Shown: positions 14,991 through 24,907 of the stretch, in pieces
How positions within the stretch are numbered: position 1 is the stretch's first letter
How the letters are laid out: each line of letters starts with the position of its first letter
Assembly: GCA_000934665.2 (NCBI GenBank)
Contig: KZ538277.1
Span: 62,001 to 88,802, forward strand
Source of the DNA: Catajapyx aquilonaris
Lineage: Eukaryota
Reading direction: 5' to 3'
Length of the DNA stretch: 26,802 bases
Program-made: the position numbers and the translations under genes
Notes under the pieces: generated by a model
Database searches by the model: none
What the model saw: only the letters and a program-made list of their open reading frames with translations
Told to the model about the DNA's origin: nothing

Positions 14991-17100
14991 TGCTATTATG
15001 GAAGCAAGGTGCCAGCCTGAAAAAAAGTCATACATCTAATCGGAATAAGAGGAATAATTATTAATTATGAAGATCTGTTCGGAATATGAGTAGATGAGGA
15101 ATATTTACTATTGTTCCAAATCGGCGCAGCATATCGGAACAAACTTTGGCCGATAATACTATCCGTGAGTTTAAAATATTTATGGTCATTACATCATATT
15201 CATTTGTAGGCTATACGGTAAGGTGCGTTCAACAAGTGGGATAAAATAAGCTCTCCTACTATTTCACAGAATTGTAATAAAGAATGTGCCCCATTAAGAA
15301 TTTTTTCAATATTAGTGTATTCCGCAAGTACCATTTGGCTATAAAAATATTTAACATAATTCTTATTGAAATCAATATTATCCACATGATACCATAGATC
15401 TACAGCTATTCTGCAGCCCACATGATTCATGTCGATCGATGCATTTTCTGAACCATAAGGCCAGATTTTGTAAGCCTGTGTCGAATAGCCTCCAAGACTA
15501 TTTCTTCGTGTCTTAGCCACTCCCTCTTTCGCCCGACAAAAGATTTCTTGAGGTGGTAAAAAATTTGAGGTCACTCGGTACAAGTTCAGGAAAAAAATAT
15601 GAAATATTGGTATTAACAGTTTTCACAACTTGTCAATACTGAGCATACTTTTGTGAGAGTATCAATTGTGTACCTGTTTTGGTCCCATACCAGGATCAAA
15701 ACAAGACTAACTCCGAATTAGGGAATAACACGACTAGAAATCTGTCGGAGCAAAACAAGTAGGTTCTTGGAGGTGCTGGGTAAAAAGGAAATGGCAAAAG
15801 AGCGAAGGGTGTTGGGTGGGTGGGAGGCATTGGAGGGGGTTTCCTGGGCAGGCCATCAGCCGTTGACAAGATCCCCTGAACAGTTCGGGGGCGCCTGAAA
15901 AGGGTCAGCTTGGAAAGCAGCCCGACACAAAAGCAAGCCTGCCAGCTTCATGTGACAGTGCAAGATTAACGATCTGTGGTGTCATGCACTCTGCGCCTCG
16001 ACCTTCCGCCACTTCCATCCAGCTTTCAGCTTTTAGTCTGACAAGCCCTACCCTTCTCCCAACCTTCCCACCCAACCTTCTCAATGCTATACCTTTCTTT
16101 ATCTTTACCCACAATCCGCATATGTCCTATGGTGCACAAAATTTTCGGGAATTTTTTTTTAAGAAAAAGGGGTGAACTTTGAGTAAAAAAAAAATCAGGG
16201 TAGGGTAGAGTGGATCTCTTGGCAGAGTTGCTGACAGGAATCCGATCGGGTGTGATGTGCTCAAGCGCCATTTGATTGGATCCGACATCAGGGAACGTCA
16301 CCTGGGAATCGACTCGATCTCTCTTCCTATTCCCACTTTGCTCGACCTTCTTTCCAGAGTTTTCCGGTGATGCTTGGCCACACACGGGAACAAAAGTGAT
16401 GCCACACGAAGTCAGGATTAACGTTACAGGCAATATCTGTCCAGACCATTTTCTACAGGGTTTATGTAACGACAAGGGAACTTAAATTGGATACAGTAAT
16501 ATTAAACTCACTGGAATTTTTAAATAATAATAAAATTTTGTTGCCTGAAAGTGAAAGGGAGTTCCATGTTTTTGTACAGTGTAATCAATTTTTTTTTGTA
16601 TGTACAGTCTCGTACTGTACAGTCATGTGATTTGAATTGCATGGCAACAAGGTTTCCCAATTTGAGATCATGGCAATGGCAGAAACTGGCGCTGCTCCAG
16701 TTGACATGGCAGGAAGGAAGGGAGGCCAAAGAGACCCTCCCCCACCTATTCCCCCACCCACCCAGGACCCTCTCAACGGGAAAAGCTGCACAAAGGGCCC
16801 GTCACGTGATGAGCAGCTTCCTTCTCACGCCCTGCCCTGCCCACCAGCCATCTTGAGTTCCATAATAAATATGGATTCTCACCAACGTCACGTCAACATT
16901 GCTATTGATGTCGTTATTATGCATGTCAACTTGATATAATCTATAAAAATTAATATCTGTGAATGTATTTTTAATAATTATAGATGATCGGAGAGTATGC
17001 AAATAATTACATGAAAAGTGATACATTTGCATGATTTAATTGTAGAATAGGCAGAAATTTATTTTACCATCACGTAACTGTCATTTACTCTTCTTTTCAG

Positions 17101-17200
17101 GCTTTGAAAGCAGCGAATGAGCGATGCCATGAAGATTTGATCGACTGACACTGAATCATCCCATGTACTTCTTGACCCAAGCGCATGAATCTTATGACAG
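17101..17200 (+). other. Putative 100-nt non-coding exon (candidate pri-mir-993 host transcript)
   Basis: Acceptor tcatttactcttcttttcag| with an upstream TAAC branch-like motif and about 45 nt free of AG. Strong donor CAG|GTGAGA. Stop codons occur in all three frames. Confidence 0.55.
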
Positions 17201-17315
17201 GTGAGATCATGTCATACCTATGGCGTCACTTCGAAAATATTCAAAAAAATGACTAATATCACAACAAGATGACCTACCCTGAGATCACATGATACACTTA
17301 AAAATCGCTAACAGC

Positions 17316-17385
17316 GCCCTTGTAGTCTAACCGGTAGGACACGGGCTCCCAGCCCGAGGTCTGGGTTCAAGTCCCAGCGGGGGCA
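17316..17385 (+). pseudogene. tRNA-like cloverleaf (tRNA pseudogene or SINE head) with a shortened anticodon arm
   Basis: Acceptor stem GCCCTTG/CGGGGGC plus discriminator A, D stem GTCT/GGAC, anticodon stem CGGGC/GCCCG with only a 5-nt loop (TCCCA), T arm CTGGG-TTCAAGT-CCCAG. It is 70 nt long with intact A and B boxes. An (ATT)n tract about 150 nt downstream could be a SINE tail. Confidence 0.7.
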
Positions 17386-17537
17386 CAAGTTCAGCGAAAT
17401 TGAGTGTTGAAATTTTCCACAAAATGACCCCAATCCTTTCCCCCATCAACTCTGCTCAACCATTTAGACCTAGCTGACCTCTACTTTACCTACTAATTTG
17501 GTCTCATATGTACAAACTGAATTTTAAGAAAATATGG

Positions 17538-17538
<1 letters not shown>

Positions 17539-17610
<72 letters not shown>
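17539..17610. repeat. (ATT)24 microsatellite
   Basis: Direct read. It explains the poly-Tyr ORF at 17508-17741. Confidence 0.97.
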
Positions 17611-17611
<1 letters not shown>

Positions 17612-18135
17612 TGATTACATAGATGCCATAATTGAATTTTTGGAAACGGATATGACCGCACAACTGTCACAGTATAAATCATCCCAGAAGTTCGTGCTGT
17701 TTGACAAACGCTTTATTTTCGGTGTGCTATACCAACAATAGCCTCCGTGACACATGGAACGTTTGTAACGATTTGTGGCGAGAGTCCGTCATGCATTACT
17801 TCCATGACATCTACAGTAGTGTTATTGTAAAAGCCTTGCATGAGAAATTATCTCCATGATAAGGTCGCACCCATCAACATACATGCAATTCGGAAATGCG
17901 ACTGGACATTTTTGTATGGAGGCAAACGCTCGATAGCAACTTCCATTTCCGACCTCCGTCCAGTCTGTAATTAACATTCAGTTACTGCAACCCTCTTTGT
18001 CATATTTATTGAAAGTTCGGAAATTCCAAGTGAGATCAAATATCCCGCCTGGAACCAAATTATGGATGGAGAGAAACTTGAAACATTTATTCAACTGTAG
18101 ATAATTGTGATAATCTGACCTGCTTTATTTCCCAG

Positions 18136-18169
18136 GTAACGCCCAGGAAGCACTCGATGAATGGAGGAG
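18136..18169 (+). other. Putative 34-nt micro-exon (candidate pri-mir-993 host transcript)
   Basis: Acceptor CTGACctgctttatttcccag| and donor GAG|GTAATT. An alternative donor AAG|GTATAT follows position 18186. The exon itself begins with GTAAC. Confidence 0.4.
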
Positions 18170-18515
18170 GTAATTGATTCCGTAAGGTATATTCATGTCA
18201 ATCTGGATAATAGTCCAAAGCATGGTTCCAAAAATTAAATATGATTGCCAAATTATGTGATTGTGTAAGTAGTGAGGCATAGTTACAGTATATGATACGG
18301 CCAAATGTGCAAGATATGTACAGTATGTTTTAACTGCTTGAATTAAGCTGAAAATATTATTTCATTGTAATTGAAAGTTCCACTTAAACAACACCTGCAT
18401 GGATATTGCATATCTGCAGTTCCTATACTATGTAATGAAATGCCTTATCTGCACTAATTGATGGCAAATCTTGCACATTTAAAAATTAATTATCAGTTTC
18501 ACTGACACCTTTCAG

Positions 18516-18870
18516 ATTCCATCACCTGTGATGTCAATGCAGACTAAAGATTTGCAAGGGGCTATAAATATGTAGATGTTAGCCGCATTCGTAATCTACC
18601 CTGTAGATCCGGGCTTTTGTAGAAAGGAGGCAGTCAGAAGCTCGTCTCTACAGGTATCTTACGGATGGGAAACAGCCACGCTCAAGATGGAACCGGTTGT
18701 GGCATTGGAACCCATCTGGAAAAACCACTGGATTTATTCTGAACTCAAGTCGGTAAATTAACACTTTTTTCCCATTTCAGCCAACACCAAGTTGCCGGCC
18801 AACACCGCAAATCAAACTCACATGTAAACTCGGTTTTTAATAAGCAAAAATAAATATACCCACTTGATCT
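18516..18870 (+). other. Putative terminal exon containing mir-993
   Basis: Acceptor tttcactgacacctttcag| at 18515 and AATAAA at 18849-18854. The 3' end is approximate. Confidence 0.35.
18596..18659 (+). ncRNA. mir-993: microRNA precursor mir-993 (miR-10/miR-100 superfamily, Hox-cluster miRNA)
   Basis: The 3p arm GAAGCTCGTCTCTACAGGTATCT (18637-18659) matches the insect miR-993-3p sequence as I recall it. The 5p arm is (C)TACCCTGTAGATCCGGGCTTTTG (18596-18619). The arms pair with one bulge, a 2x2 internal loop and two G-U pairs around a 15-nt loop. The lower stem is CATTCGTAA/TTACGGATG (18586-18667). Confidence 0.97.
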
Positions 18871-19650
18871 GTACCTTGCGTCTAGATACTTATCTAGCCC
18901 ACCTCATGTGACTTCTACAGCATGCTACAGTAACCAAGTAAGTCACATCGATACCTGTACATATTTCATACACAGGCGTGATATTCAGCTAAATTATTAT
19001 TTTACCCATGGGAAATTTTGACGCACACGACGGGGCGCGGTTCAACCTAGAGGGCGGTCGCAAAATATTAATCAAAATATGTGAATAAATAATACTGGCG
19101 CCTTCAGTGCATTAATGTCCCCCATATGCGTCTTCACATGCATGCCGTGTTGAATTTGCAAACATAAATTAAAAAGGCGCCAAGATGCCAACATGGAGCA
19201 ATTTATAACTCAGGGGTGCGGTGAGAGTGTGAAGTTTCTGGAGACAGTTCTAAATCTGGTCGTCAGATGGGGCTTGTGTGCGGAAGAGCCCTCGTTGGAA
19301 CATTCCTGTCGACAAAAATGATGGAACGCCTTCGAATTCTCTGATCAATCAAGTTGCTGACACTCTGGACCTGCCTTCAGCCATTGCTATTGGATCCTAT
19401 TGATTCCCGTCAACGCCTTCACGTCACATTCGTTCTCGTCACTGGTCAACATACGAGCATTGTTGAAGTCCCCCAACAATCCGCAATGCAAAAATATATG
19501 CACTATTGGTGCCAGAAAGACCCTATTGTGCGCCTATAATCCACACCCAAGCAGCCCCTAGCCGCTCACTAAAACCCCTCCCCCTAACAAGAAAGTCGTC
19601 TATGTGCACATATCAGCCCCTATTGCTTTCCATGAACCTATAAGCGACTT

Positions 19651-19677
19651 TGATGGATCACCCGCATAATTTGACAG
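19651..19677 (+). promoter_or_regulatory. Candidate Exd/Hox (TGATGGAT) plus Hth (TGACAG) composite site
   Basis: The sequence is TGATGGATcacccgcataattTGACAG. This matches the Hox1/Pbx plus Meis arrangement known from Hox auto- and cross-regulatory enhancers. It is a motif match only. Confidence 0.35.
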
Positions 19678-21968
19678 CCCAAAATGGATTAGGAGCCCAA
19701 GAACGCCCCCAAAGTTGCCAGGCGCGAATCACTGTCCCTACACGGAATTGATTTTATTGGTTCCCCCAACTACACTCCCCCCAACCCAATATGCCACCAC
19801 TGGACCCCCCCAAACCTAAACCCTCTCTCAAACTTCAGGTTTTTCATAGTATGATAGTACCCAGCACATATGTACACAAAAAATGAAGAAAAAAAAATTG
19901 CATTCCATAGTGGTATAGGTTACTGTCCTCCACCTTCTTTGGTAACAAAAAAAATGGAACAAAATAGGCTGTCATAAAAGAGGGGTGGTAATTGAGTGAC
20001 TTGAATGACTCTATTGTTGCGGTGGAGGCAGATAATGAAAGGACGGGGGGAATAGGAGAGTATCCAGTGGGGTTCGGATGATTAGGACAAACTCTCTGGG
20101 TAGAGGGTGCTGCTAGGGAGAAGAATCTCTTTTTCGCGGTGTTTACGAGGGAAAAATAGTCCCTGAGCCTAAGAACCATAAATCAGGCTTGATTGTTTAC
20201 ATGCAAGAGCCGCATCCTAAGGGGTCAACTCCTTTTTCCTCAGGCCAGTTGGTGGGAGGTATCAGGATCGGGAGGCCTCTAGAATTTTTTGAAGGACGTT
20301 TAGGCTGCAAATGGAGGCGGGTCGTGACAAAAGAAGTAGAGTGCTTGCATCCCACCCATCCACCATGGGGAGCCTGTTATGAACACTTCAGAAACTTACA
20401 AGAAAAATGCACCGCTCCCTAAAAACACAGAAAAGTTTCGGACCACCTCAGGTGGTCCGCCATCTTGAATTTGTTGTGAAACTTTACACAACACACGCTG
20501 AGGCAATATTTTTTTCAAAAAAAAATATATACAAAAAATAAAATCTGCTCATTATCGATTTGTGGGGTACCATTGGCGCAATCTGGATGAAACATACGAG
20601 CACCCTCCTCCAATTTCCATATTTCCCGTCACGATTTTCGGGCGTGCGGTCCAAGTGACGCACATGTAGTTGCCGGATGCCACGTTGAAGGTTGGGGAAA
20701 GCCGGTGTTCAGTGGGTCACCCTTGCTGAGTCACACTCTGACAGCCAAATTTATGAGTCTGCACTCGGGGGCCTTTACCACACGCCAGCATGCTTTCCAT
20801 CCCCATGCTCTGCTAACCACGTTTCGATTGGGGAAGCCTAAATGAATGAAGAGATAAGTGTCGGAAAAGATGGGGGTTGGAGAATCATATAGGAAGGGTC
20901 ATGGAGACCGCCTTGATGTCACAAGTTGAGATGGTGTGTGGTTTTTGGTCTCAACATGGCAGTGGTTTCGGTTGGTAACCTCCTAAGGCTTGGCTCAACC
21001 AAGGTGGTGTAGGCGAAAAGCCTCAAACTTCATTAATTACTCTTTACCACAACTCCAAGTGGGCACAGGTCTTCTGGAGAAAAAGGACACATGTTGCATT
21101 CCGTATGCACCTGAAAGGATAGTCATATGCCAGGAAAGTGGAAACCATGTTGTAAGTGAACTCTTGCAAAAGGCCGAGTTGAATAATTTATCATTTTAAT
21201 TACTAAGTTTGCCATGCGGTAGACAGCTTTCGTGATGTGTGAGGGTTCGTTGACTTTTTGTTGTAAACATCGTAAGCGGATATTCCCAGTGCATTTGCTT
21301 CATCTGAACAGTAAAATGGGGGTAACATGGGTTGAATTGACCAAATTGGTCCGGTATGTATTGCTGGGTTCAGTAATGGACTGGAGTTAGACGCGGTATC
21401 AACTAGCAGCTGCCTTACACCACAACAATGGATCCGATAGGTGTGTAAATTCATTTTGTATGGGCTACACGTCTTAAATTATTAGAAATGCGAGTCGTGT
21501 AAGAAGTGACAGGAAACTAAAACCAAATTAGTTACGTGTGACACAACACCCTGTGCATCATATGTCATCATACACCTGGCAAACAGGTGACTGATAATTA
21601 TGAATTTGCTGTGAATGTGTAATGAAATTATTCTGCCTAATTAGAAGCAACACGCCACATTACAGTGTGATGACCAATGTGATAAATGGTTTTGAACATC
21701 ATAGCGAGTGTAATTAGCCTACAGCGCTAGAACTAACTTATATCTATAAGACCACTTGTAGTCATTGCAATTGTAAATAGAATTTGCACCATTTTTCAGC
21801 AGAAATGAGGCAATATGTTTACATCTATTTTTATTTATTTATTTACTTTGAGGGGGGGGGGGGAGGTCCAACCTTGACCAATACCAGGGCAATAAAAATG
21901 CCATCGCTTCATCCACTTTCTACCCCAACTCTTCCAATACACGAAGCCCCCCCCCCCCCCCCCCCCCC

Positions 21969-22266
21969 NNNNNNNNNNNNNNNNNNNNNNNNNNNNNNNN
22001 NNNNNNNNNNNNNNNNNNNNNNNNNNNNNNNNNNNNNNNNNNNNNNNNNNNNNNNNNNNNNNNNNNNNNNNNNNNNNNNNNNNNNNNNNNNNNNNNNNNN
22101 NNNNNNNNNNNNNNNNNNNNNNNNNNNNNNNNNNNNNNNNNNNNNNNNNNNNNNNNNNNNNNNNNNNNNNNNNNNNNNNNNNNNNNNNNNNNNNNNNNNN
22201 NNNNNNNNNNNNNNNNNNNNNNNNNNNNNNNNNNNNNNNNNNNNNNNNNNNNNNNNNNNNNNNNNN
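21969..22266. other. Assembly gap (298 N) flanked by C22 and G20 homopolymers
   Basis: Run of N, with a C-run at 21947-21968 and a G-run at 22270-22289. Confidence 0.99.
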
Positions 22267-22681
22267 TTTGGGGGGGGGGGGGGGGGGGGTGTTTCCAAAC
22301 CAAAACAAGCGTCGGATCTGGTCGCCACACGTTGTATTTCTAATTAGATAAATGTGTCAATTTCGTACGCATTAGTGTGGGTCCAAAATCCCCACACAAA
22401 CCATCGGGGTCCCTTAACTTTTACCCTACGTGCGGTTAGAAAAGGGGCATCCTTGGGGAAAAGGCCTTCTCAATCATGCACACCTAATAGACTGTGTCAG
22501 TTTCATTAGGGACCAAATTGACTCGGTCTTTCCATTTGCTTTCCAAGGTTAGGATTGGATCCGCAATGCAATTTGACTCCGGTTGGTCCAGAAATTTGGG
22601 CACTTCCCGATGTCATTAGCATGGGCCCTATTTGCCTGTAATACCAACCTGCCCGGTGAGTAGTCGTAAAAATATTTAATA

Positions 22682-22987
22682 TAATAATATAATATAATTT
22701 GTACCCCGTGCTAGAGCCATGGGCTCTCTTAGGGGGGTGGGATACCACCATATTTTTTCTGTCTGGAACTCTTTATTGCATTTTTACTTTTTTCCTTATT
22801 GGGGATGGGATTGGGACGGAAGGAAGCGACTGTGGCCTATAATTACGGACACGACCCCGGAATTGTCCTGGTGGGACCATGGAAAACCACAGAAAACCAC
22901 GGTCAGGGTCGGCGGCCCCCGGGGTTCGAACCCAAGACCTCCCGATTAGCAGTCGGATACCATATCCCCTCCGCTACCACTGCTTAG
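22682..22987 (-). mobile_element. Full-length tRNA-derived SINE with 16-bp TSD
   Basis: The minus-strand head GTGGTAGCGGAGGGG...GGGTTCGAACCC contains a B-box. The body GTGGTTTTCTGTGGTTTTCC...TAGGCCACAGTCGCTTCCTTCC resembles arthropod SINEs. There is a 3' stem-loop AGAGCC-CAT-GGCTCT and a (TTATA)n tail. A perfect direct repeat GTAAAAATATTTAATA lies at 22666-22681 and 22988-23003. Confidence 0.9.
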
Positions 22988-24711
22988 GTAAAAATATTTA
23001 ATAAAAATGGTTGATCAAAATATGCCTATATGAAAAACACGAAGAAATTTCGCAAGAAAAATGGTGGTAATCCACCTCCCTAAAATGGCTCTGTTCCCTC
23101 TAATCCCTCCAAAAAAAAACATGCCTATATTATGACTATGTAAATATATTTCTGGCATACCTGCCTAACACATAAGGGAGACTATGTATTTCAGTGTTTG
23201 GCCTAATTGAAGTGTGGGAATAAGGGAGTGGGTGGGTGATGGGGAGGCCTTGTTTGGCGGCAGAGCGCGGCTGTCAAATGGGGCCGGTATTAATGGTCAG
23301 TGTTGGGGGCTGCATGAGCCAGGCAGCCACCCAGCCAGTGGGCCTCACCACTACATAAGAAGATGGTAATCAATCACGGAAATGTCACTGAGAGAGCAAA
23401 CACAATCGTCGTGCTCTGCAGCTTCATCCCCGGGGATAGCGCCGGATGAGAAAAACGAACTGGGGAAGAGAGGAAACATTTCCGTTGCCACAAAAGTACA
23501 GAGACAGACTTGCGATTCAATAGTGTGTGTCTTCAGATATATGTGACTTGATGTAGGGTTTTTGTTAGGAGGGGAAAAGTACGGTTTTCAACAAGTGGTT
23601 TGATACTTTGATTAGGCTCCCCCCCTCTCTTTGATGAATTGGATTCAGATGAGCGGGTTTCTGCGAGTGCATAAATCACAGTAATTGGGTAATGCGGTTG
23701 CCAGTGGTGGTGTGCCTAACTGCCCTTGTAGACCGTAAGTACTCACACGGGGGCTACCTCAATACCTGAGTTTCAATTAAGATTAATTGTATACTATCGC
23801 CTGGTATCTCGTGAGTTTATTGCACATTTCCTGCATTTAGAATACAGTTTTGTTTTTGTCAGATTTAAAAAAATAACTTGTTTTTAATTATTTTAACTTC
23901 CCTAATTTTGATGGAAGCTAATAAATATCCCGATTTGTTATAGCGGAATAATTTATACGTTGAAATAGTCTATTAGAAGGTTCGTCAAAAGGGATGAAAA
24001 TTGCCTTACGAATCGCTGCCGATTGAGAAAAAATGTACTTAAGTACTGAAAAGGAAAGTGTGCCATTTATTGTAGAAAGAATCAAACTTAGAGAATGATT
24101 TTAGTTTAATAAATACCAGTAGCGGAGATCATTCTTTGCACGCAACTTGTTTCCATGGTTATGTAATCAACAACAATCATTGTTGACATCATGCCATCAT
24201 GGCACCATTGATGTTGTTGAATGTCATTGTTGCATGGAAATCCAGTTACTATATAGGACACCCGTTGACCTGGACAAACAAGCAAACAAACTTTGCCCTT
24301 TATATATTGTGGCAATTATGCTGTATACTGTATATAGATGCGTGAGAAAGTCCTCCGGAAGCACAAATACTCCACATCCCGTGTCATAAATTCGAATGAT
24401 GATATCACAGCGTCGAGATCTTCTTTCACAACATAAAATCCCGCGTTTTAAAGGACATTAGCGAACATACCGATGTTTTGATATTATTTTCACCTAAGCC
24501 TATATAACTGTTGCAGTACTACATTTTGCTGTCCTATTTTATAATGACAGATTGATCAATTTGTAATTGACTAGCACAGTTCCTTTAAAATGAATACTTT
24601 TCCTACTAACATATTTAGCCACAAATTCCACAATAGCACTCCATAGTTAATAAGGTCCAGCTTGATTTATTTACCAAATAGTACGACGAAAATGTCGGAA
24701 TATTATACATA

Positions 24712-24907
24712 CAGGGTGTCTCAACTTTTTTGTCCGAACAATTATCGGAAATATTGCACTAAGTTGCTTATTTTTAGCAGTGACTTGCAGTGATGCTTCC
24801 CTGGCTTTATCAGTTGAGGGATGTGCCAGGAATGTTGGGGCTATATAGCTAGAAGATAACATAAGCTTTTCCGATAACTGTTCGGACAAAAAAGTTGAGA
24901 CACCCTG
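24712..24907. mobile_element. Tc1/mariner-type MITE (196 bp)
   Basis: 40-bp terminal inverted repeats CAGGGTGTCTCAACTTTTTTGTCCGAACA(A/G)TTATCGGAAA at 24712-24751 and 24868-24907 with one mismatch. TA dinucleotides flank both ends, and there is no transposase ORF. Confidence 0.93.

Noticed and set aside
15200..15583. 127-aa minus-strand ORF containing KIW, with a nearby out-of-frame WF, considered as a decayed homeobox
   Set aside because: There is no WFQNRR motif or helix 1/2 signature, so the similarity is at chance level.
15675..15824. 11-bp hairpin (15675-15703) and G-quadruplex motif (15807-15824)
   Set aside because: Such short motifs are expected by chance or are common in G-rich DNA, and there is no supporting context.
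17508..17741. Poly-tyrosine ORF
   Set aside because: Artefact of the (ATT)24 microsatellite.
18222..18235. TGGTTCCAAAA (WFQ) as a homeobox helix 3
   Set aside because: It continues WFQKLN and has in-frame stop codons just upstream.
18563..18590. TATAAATA plus GCATTC as a mir-993 core promoter
   Set aside because: The spacing is only about 24 nt, and the start would fall at the hairpin base, leaving no 5' flank for Microprocessor.
18596..18659. Calling the hairpin mir-10, or proposing an antisense miRNA as in iab-4/iab-8
   Set aside because: The 5p arm ends GGGCTTTTG and the 3p arm GAAGCTCG is diagnostic of mir-993. Several G-U pairs would become mismatches on the antisense strand, and nothing else supports an antisense product.
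21784..22347. ORFs spanning the N-run
   Set aside because: Artefacts of the assembly gap and homopolymers.
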